64,000 nucleotides of DNA from contig OZ024741.1 of assembly GCA_964016885.1 (NCBI GenBank), positions 345,588,001 to 345,652,000 on the forward strand. The letters are read 5' to 3'. Numbering within the stretch: position 1 is the first letter of the stretch; each line of letters starts with the position of its first letter. This document shows positions 55,485 through 64,000 of the stretch, piece after piece. Under the pieces are notes generated by a model. It made no database searches. It was given only the letters and a program-made list of their open reading frames with translations, and was not told the DNA's origin. The translations under genes were made by a program, and so were the position numbers. Source of the stretch: Eledone cirrhosa. Lineage: Eukaryota.

Positions 55485-56073
55485 GAATATACAAGAGAGA
55501 TACACACAAATATAAACATACATGTGTTCGAATTGTAAAGGACCAAGTTCACTAGGGTGAAAAAAATACTAACTATAACAATATGGTTTGCCAGACTCAA
55601 TTTAAAGTAATAAATCAAGAATATTGGGCAACCATATATTGGGCAACTGCCTGAAACACCCAGACAGCTATGGGAGCTGTATTTCGCAAATTATTTAGCG
55701 AAGGAAATTACCAATTATCTGCTCTTTAGTGGGTGTAAAAATTAGTAATCCCTCCACGTCGAAGTATATCAGAAGACTGAATAGTGTGCGAATATGAAAT
55801 AACGCACATGGCTTCAGAACCTAGCGTGTCTCATAAACACACGCTGCTAAAAATAGCAGCCGGGTTTACACGACATTTAAATTAGCTCGGGTATTTCAGG
55901 CAGTTGCCCAATATAGATTTGTTCTTCTTTTTCTTGATTTATTACTTTAAATTGGGTCTGGCAAACCATATTGTTATAGTTAGTATTTTTTTCACCCTAG
56001 TGAACTTGGTCCTTTGCAATTCGAACACATGTCTGTTTATATTTGTATTTACCTCTCTTGTATATTCAATTAT
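55476..56073. repeat. ~145-bp inverted repeats enclosing a MITE (55637-55913)
   Basis: Outer arms 55476-55620 / 55932-56073; MITE TIR TATTGGGCAACTGCCTGAAA(C/T)ACCC. Confidence 0.75.
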
Positions 56074-56155
56074 ATTACACGGCTCAGAAAAACTCCTTTT
56101 TGAAGCTATTTAATTGTAAGTGACTATTTTGAGTTTCTAACTCAATATCTGATAT

Positions 56156-58990
56156 CTAGGGCGGGTAAAATTCCCGAGATCCATGGACGAGTTCTCTCCA
56201 GCGGTCTCTGTCCCTCATTATCACTGCCATGTCCTGCGTCTCCAACAGACCAGTGTCTGTCCTTAGGGCATCAGCATACGTTAACCTTGGTCTTCCTCTT
56301 CCAGTGTCTCCATGTAGGGGCTCCCACAGGAGCACTGAGTGCAATGTCAACTCTGGATGTCGGTGAGCATGTCCAGCTAACCACAGTCTCCTCTGTGTCA
56401 CTTTTGAGCTGACTTTTGGGATGCTCCCATACAGCTGTGAGTTTTTCATCCTCAGTGTATACTGATTAATGTTCAGAGCCATCCTCAGCATTCTCGTGTA
56501 GCACCCATCCCCCATCTGAGTGAGTTTCTTGGTCAGTGTCCAAGTCTCAAACCCGTACAGCAGCACAGACTCCACTACAGCAATGACGAGGCGGATTTTC
56601 AGGTCTTTACGAAGATCTGATTTCCACACCGATCCCAATCTGTGGCACGCTGCCCAGGCTTTGCTCTTCCTCTCAATCACATCATCTTCTGTATTCCCAA
56701 TCTTTGCTCCCAAATACAGGAAGTCCTCAACCAATTCTAGCGGCTTCCCGCCTACATTAGTGATCCCCTCTGGCTTCTCAACATTCTCTACCAGATATTT
56801 TGTTTTAGTCTCATTCATTCTCAGCCCCACACTCATCGACACAGTCTCAACCTCCTGCATCAAATCCTCTGCCTCCTTCACTGTATTTGTCACCAAAACT
56901 ATGTCGTCGGCAAATTCAGCATCTGATACCCTTTTCGCCTTAACTCTCCTGCTCTAAGCCTGTGCTACAGTAAAGCCAGAGTCCTGGTGTTTCTCCAGTG
57001 CAAGGCGCATACAATAGTCCACTACGATCATAAAAAGGTAGGGAGCCAATGTATCTCCCTGGAGCATTCCAGCCAGTATCTCAAAGAACTTTGTCATCCC
57101 ATCAGGTGTAATGACTTGGGCTTTGGTGTTGGTGTAGAGCAGTGATATCAGGTCCACTATCTTCTTGGTGATTCCATAAGCCTGTCAGATCTTCATCAGG
57201 CAGTGATGGTCCACAGAATCAAAGGCCTTCCTAAAGTCAATGAAAACCATGACCACAGGAAGGCACTTTGCTCTAGCTCCCTCTAATATCCTCCTCAGCA
57301 TCAGGATGTGACTGGTGGTTGATCTTCCCCCTCTGAAGCCGTTATGGTTGTCCCTGAGCTTCTTCTCGATCTCAGGCTGGATCCTGTTAAGAATCATCCT
57401 GTTGAGGGTCTTTGCCACAAGTGACGTCAGTGAGATCCCCCTGTAGTTGTTGGTGTTAGAGAGATCTCCCTTCTTTGGTACTGGGACGATGTTACTGATC
57501 CTCCACTGATTCGGGGCAACTACTTTCTCCAGTGCCTGGTTACAGAACCCCAGGATGATATCATCAAAATCACACCTCTTCCTCACCTCTGATGCCACTC
57601 CATCTTCTCCATGAACCTTGCCCTCCTTGATCCTCTTCTTGGCTCTCTGAAGCTCCTCTCTGGTGACGGGCTCTGTCTCAATATCCTGTTCCTCAAACAG
57701 CCGCCTGATCTCCCCAGTGATCTGGGCTGGCTCTCCTAGTAGGGTCCGAAAATGGTCTAGCCATTTCCTCTTCCTATCCTCGAGCCCCGTTCCCTGGATC
57801 TGACTCGAACACCTCCTCTACCTCCCTGTGATCTCGTTGATGATCATCCAGCTCTCCTTACATCCAGATCTGTCAACCGCTCTCTCCACACTTCTGATCT
57901 TCTCTATCAGTGCCTCCTCTCTGTCCTCCTGTGTAAGTGGTACATAGTTCTTCCTTCATCACCTCCACAGTCTCCATCCTCTCCTCCGTAGGATCAGCAT
58001 AGAATTGTTCCCTGGCAGCTTTCCGGTGTTCTCTGGCTGCACCCACTTTTGGGTTTGCAGAGCTGACGTGCTTCCTTTTGTTCTTTTTCCTCGGCACCAG
58101 GGTTTCACTTGCTTCCGCCACTGCATTGGTGAAGTGCCCGTACCTCCTCGTCACACTCTCCTCAGTCCATCCCATCTCTCTCTCCTCTGTCTCTCCACAC
58201 AGAACACTGAACCTGTTCCTCACTTCCACTGTGAACCTCTCCTGTAGCTCATCATCTTCCTTGAAAGCTCCCCAGTCATAGATTGCTCTCCGGAGCTGAG
58301 CCTTGCTCTTTCTTAAGCTCACCCGGACCTCACTCATAACAAGCCGGTGGTCACTACCCAGTGTACTGAAATAGTTGTATGGTTCTGTATTCGGAACACT
58401 ATTTCGCCACTTTTTCCTCACCAGAATGAAATCAATCTGGGACTTGGACAGGTGCATATCTGAGATGTAGGTCCATATCTTCCCCGGATTCTTCCTAAAC
58501 CTTAGGTTGGTCGCTATCAAGTTCGCCTCCAGCAGGGTGTCTCTCAGTAGTCTTCCATTTCGGTTGGTGTTGTTATGGAAGTACCAGCAAGGATCTTCAC
58601 TGCCCTCCTTACTCAGATGTGCATTGAAGTCCCCCAAAACAAGCAAGATGTTATGTGCTTGAGTCGTGTCGACAGCTCTACACACCTCCTCCTGGAACTC
58701 TTCCGCACTCACATCACTGTCTCCCTCGGTTGGACTATAGGCTGAGATGACTGTCAGTCTTGGGTTTCCATTGAAGGTCACCCTCAACACTCGCGGGGAG
58801 ACAGGCATTATTTCCCTCACCAATAGACTGGTTTTTGTGCTGAAAACAAAACCCACTCCTCCCACTGCAGCATTGGATTGGTCATGTTCCTCATTGCCGA
58901 TGTGGTGATGAGCTGGCTCCTCTTCCCAATCATCACACTCCTCACGGGCTCAGCGTGTAGGATCCTGTCGCAAGTATCTGGATACCACTC
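56156..58990 (-). mobile_element. RTE-clade LINE, degenerate (APE and RT with stops and frameshifts)
   Basis: GGVGF, SAYSPT, LGDFNA, QIDFIL, SDHR; NYRGISL, FIDFRKAFDSV, QGDTLAP, FADD, GRGRPR. Confidence 0.92.
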
Positions 58991-58991
58991 T

Positions 58992-59031
<40 letters not shown>

Positions 59032-59169
59032 AGTATATGTTGGTTGTATACCAACACCTCAGTATGCAGATTGGAGCACTCGACGAAGTGCGCAGGTTGG
59101 TTCGGTTACTCCGGAGTAATGTAAAATAAAATAAATAAGTCAAATGTTTAAAATTTGGCTTCGTTTATT

Positions 59170-59224
59170 ACTGCTATATATATTTCGGTGACAGCCATCT
59201 TTGACTGTGACCCCTTCAGGCAGT
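59170..59224 (-). ncRNA. Type-I HHR motif (A9 replaced by G)
   Basis: Minus strand: actgc-CTGAAGG-ggtcacagtc..ggctgtcacc-GAAA-TATATA-TA-gcagt, followed by AATAAA. Confidence 0.65.
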
Positions 59225-59671
59225 CCGAATTAGTGTGGTAGAGACGAGTACACATGTTGTTGAGGTGCTTAAATTTGTCAATACTCTGATATGCCCAGTT
59301 CCTGGTTGGGTTGTTATTTCACTGAGGAACTGGAATCATATGAATTTAAACAAACGAATTTCAGCGTCAAAGGACATCTTCTCCTCTCATTGGTCAGTTG
59401 TGAGAACATTCCTCAGTCAAAAGTCTATAGAAATTCGTTCTGAGGCGAGGCAATCTGTAGTGGTTGTTCTTGTTATTGTTAAGTACATCTGACCTCTACT
59501 CTTATGTTGGTAGTGGTGTTGGTGTTGGAGTCAGCTAAAAAAAATGATAAAGTGGTAGAAGGAATAAGATGGTAAAGGAACAAAATAAAATAATAAAATA
59601 AAATGTGTGTGTGTTATACCCAATCTCAATGTTAGAAATATTTGCAAGGTCACTCCTCCCATTGGAATTAA

Positions 59672-60927
<1,256 letters not shown>

Positions 60928-61237
60928 TATATAGTATCTTGTTATGATAAAAACATTTATACATCCCAATCAATTGATATTCTCTGTGATCGGTGAAACA
61001 TACGTAAATTACACCTTACTTTATTATGCGCTATATATATATATAATATATATATATAGTTGTCTCTCGGTATTCGCGGAAGTAACGTTGCTGGAGCACC
61101 CGCGAAGAGTGAAAAACCGTGAATATTGGACGTGATCCATAAAAATGCCTATAAACATCAAAATATAACGTAAAATATAATAAACTAGCTTGCTCGTCCG
61201 GCTGGCGCCCGGCTACTATTGATATGTTCTACGGCAT

Positions 61238-61278
<41 letters not shown>

Positions 61279-61282
<4 letters not shown>

Positions 61283-61484
61283 AACGAGTAGGACCCCGAC
61301 GGCTGAGCTCAAGCCGTTTCGAGGGCTAATTCTGGACGTAATAGAGTCCAGAATTAGCCGTCGAAACGGCTTGAGCTCAACCGTCGGGGTCCTACTCGTT
61401 CCTATTACCCACTCTATTACCCTAAGTATTGAGTACTTTGGTGCGTTATGGTCCACCTAGTTCCTTACCACATTTCCTTCGTTA
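61279..61484 (+). mobile_element. Short PLE-type terminus family, fold-back copy nested in the Helitron's (TA)n
   Basis: Palindrome 61279-61404 plus ~80-bp tail. Confidence 0.8.
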
Positions 61485-61549
61485 TATATATATATATAGC
61501 TGACGTAACTAGCTTCGCTTGGATAAACAGACGATAAGCCGTCTGTGTA

Positions 61550-62190
61550 GTATAGTATTTCTGTTAAAAATATATAGAATAGTATAGTACAGTATTACTG
61601 TTGAAAATATATACCATAGTATAGTATTACTGTTGAAAATATAGAGTATAGTATTACTGTTGAAAATATTTAGTATAGTATTACTGTTGAAAATATATAG
61701 TACAGTATTACTGTTGAACATATATCGTATAGTACAGCATTACTGTTGAAAATATATAGTATAGTACAGTATTACTGTTGAAAATATATAGTACAGTATT
61801 ACTGTTGAAAACATAGTATAGTATTACTGTTGAAAATATATGGTATAGTATTTCTGTTGAAAATATATAGTATAGTATTACTGTTGAAAATATATAGTAC
61901 AGTATTAGTGTTGAAAACATAGTATAGTATTACTGTTGAAAATATATGGTATAGTATTACTGTTGAAAATATATAGTATAGTATTACTGTTGAAAATATA
62001 TAGTACAGTACAGTATTACTGTTGAAAATATATAGTGTAGTACAGTATTACTGTTGAAAATATATAGTATAGTATAGTATTACTGTTGAAAATATGTAGT
62101 ATAGTATTACTGTTGAAAATATATAGTACAGTAATACTGTTGAAAATATATAGTATAGTATAGTATTACCGTTGAAAATATATAGTAATA
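61550..62190. repeat. Minisatellite, ~24-34-bp unit (AGTATTACTGTTGAAAATATAT..)
   Basis: About 22 tandem copies; also at 36430-36540 (reverse) and 63925-64000. Confidence 0.9.
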
Positions 62191-62404
62191 GCTGGCCCGT
62201 CCGGCTGGCGTCTGGCTCGGTATACCGGCATTTTATCTTTTCAGGACCCCCCCCCCCCCCTCATTCCAGTGTAAAGATACCGCACGCCCTCTCAAGTTAG
62301 CGAGGGTGCGGTGGAGGGGGGTGTCAACATGCTCTGATGTTGGGTTTGAATAGATTTTAGGATTCCCCAGTTCAACAGCCAGTACGTTAAAGAAAATACA
62401 TAAA

Positions 62405-62680
62405 TTACATTGTTAGAGCCTCAGAATATACAATATTTTTTGTTCGGCACTCGGGAGCAAAGATGAAGAAATTGTTTGGCGAGGTAACCCTAGAGTATCC
62501 TACATACAATTGACCATGGGAGAAGCATGGTTTTCCCAGATGAAAGCCAGCCACTTTTAGGGTTTGACCCAGCTTTGTTGATGGTAATCGCGAAGCTTAG
62601 TCTCTCTGTTGCTCTAGTAGCATTTTTTTCTTCTAGAAAATCTGAACTTGCGGCCAGGCTGGGACTTTTTGGGTGGCATA
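62405..62680 (-). pseudogene. Helitron RepHel remnant: putative N-terminus fused to PIF1-helicase C-terminus
   Basis: RLSFAITINKA/GQTLKVAGFHLGKPCFSHGQLYVGYSRV...TKNIVYSEAL; preceded by MPPKKSQPGRK. Confidence 0.75.
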
Positions 62681-63076
62681 TCGGCAGTAACAATGACGAT
62701 AATCCGTCTGTGCTTTCGTGAAATAAATACGTTTGTTTATATTTTGTTTTTGTGTATGCAAAAATATCTGTACACGAATATATAATTATATATATACATA
62801 TATTAAAATAACACATTAAAGTTTAAGCAAAAAATCGCTGCTTTCTCCCTTAACGGGATCTTCTGAAACTAAAAAAATGAATCTGTCAACGCAGAAGTAA
62901 ATATTTCGAAAAACGTTGCAACCAAATGAAAACAGGAAGAGGATACTTTGGTTCGTGAAGACGTTCCCTGGCAATGAACGGAAAAAAGCTAAGATAATAC
63001 GTCAGCAATGAGAACAATATTTGCTCTAGGGTTCTTATATATTTGATATATATTTATCCTTATCGAGCCCTCTTTG

Positions 63077-63177
<101 letters not shown>

Positions 63178-63363
63178 CTATATATCTATATATACATATG
63201 TATATATATCTATATATACATATATATATATATATATATACATATATATATACATATATATATACATATACATATATATATACATATATATATATACATA
63301 TATATATATACATATATATATATACATATATATATATACATATATATATATACATATATATAT

Positions 63364-63410
<47 letters not shown>

Positions 63411-63469
63411 CATATATATATATATACATATATATATATACATATATATATATACATATATATATATAC

Positions 63470-63522
<53 letters not shown>

Positions 63523-64000
63523 CATATATATATATACATTTATATATATACATATATATATATACATATATATATATACAATTGAGAGGGCGTGCGGTAT
63601 CTTTGCACTGAATTAATTAAAAGTTTGTTAGAAGCGAAGTTAATGCAGACAGGCAGCCAGGCAGACAGATATTATAAGCGTGCGACGTTATAGCTATGTA
63701 TCTAATGCAGACAGCCAGACGGACGGAGACATACGATAAGGGCGCGACGTTATAGCTATGTATCTATCTAAAAAGACAGACTAAGAAAGAGAGAGGAATG
63801 TCGTTATACCGGAAGTGTTGACATTTGAAAATTTTTAGAGAATTGAATATTTAAATAAACGATAAAATATCTTTAATCTTTTAACGAAATTTAGAAGACA
63901 AAAATACCCTCACTCTATATATAGTATAGTATTTCTGCTGAAAATATATAGTATAGTATTACTGTTGAAATTATATAGTATAGAATAGTATTACTCTTGA

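Noticed and set aside
62486-63033. AACCCTAGAG/CTCTAGGGTT as piggyBac TIRs
   Set aside because: Only 10 bp, no TTAA duplication, and the left motif is part of the Helitron helicase coding remnant (YSRV).

Overview
AT-rich eukaryotic (metazoan) DNA, essentially all intergenic or intronic. The (TA)n density and the SINE type suggest an octopus or other cephalopod; this is inference. No host protein-coding gene is securely identifiable, and most ORFs in the track are microsatellite read-throughs. The window is a mosaic of transposable elements. These include one intact Tx1-clade LINE (ORF1+ORF2) plus two broken copies, all in (TATC)n; two Penelope-like elements (PLEs: one Naiad-type, one Penelope/Poseidon-type); an RTE LINE plus a twin-primed fragment; R4/Dong and CRE relics; hAT, mariner and Helitron relics; and many tRNA-derived SINEs. 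The most striking unannotated signal is a dense set of about 15 unrelated type-I hammerhead-ribozyme (HHR) motifs with palindromic stem III, mostly next to (TA)n tracts. They occur as fold-back palindromes and as two non-coding tandem retrozyme-like arrays (557-bp and 593-bp units, one HHR per unit). Three unrelated families carry a compensatory U3:A8 core pair. All structures were read by eye; coordinates are approximate to a few bp.
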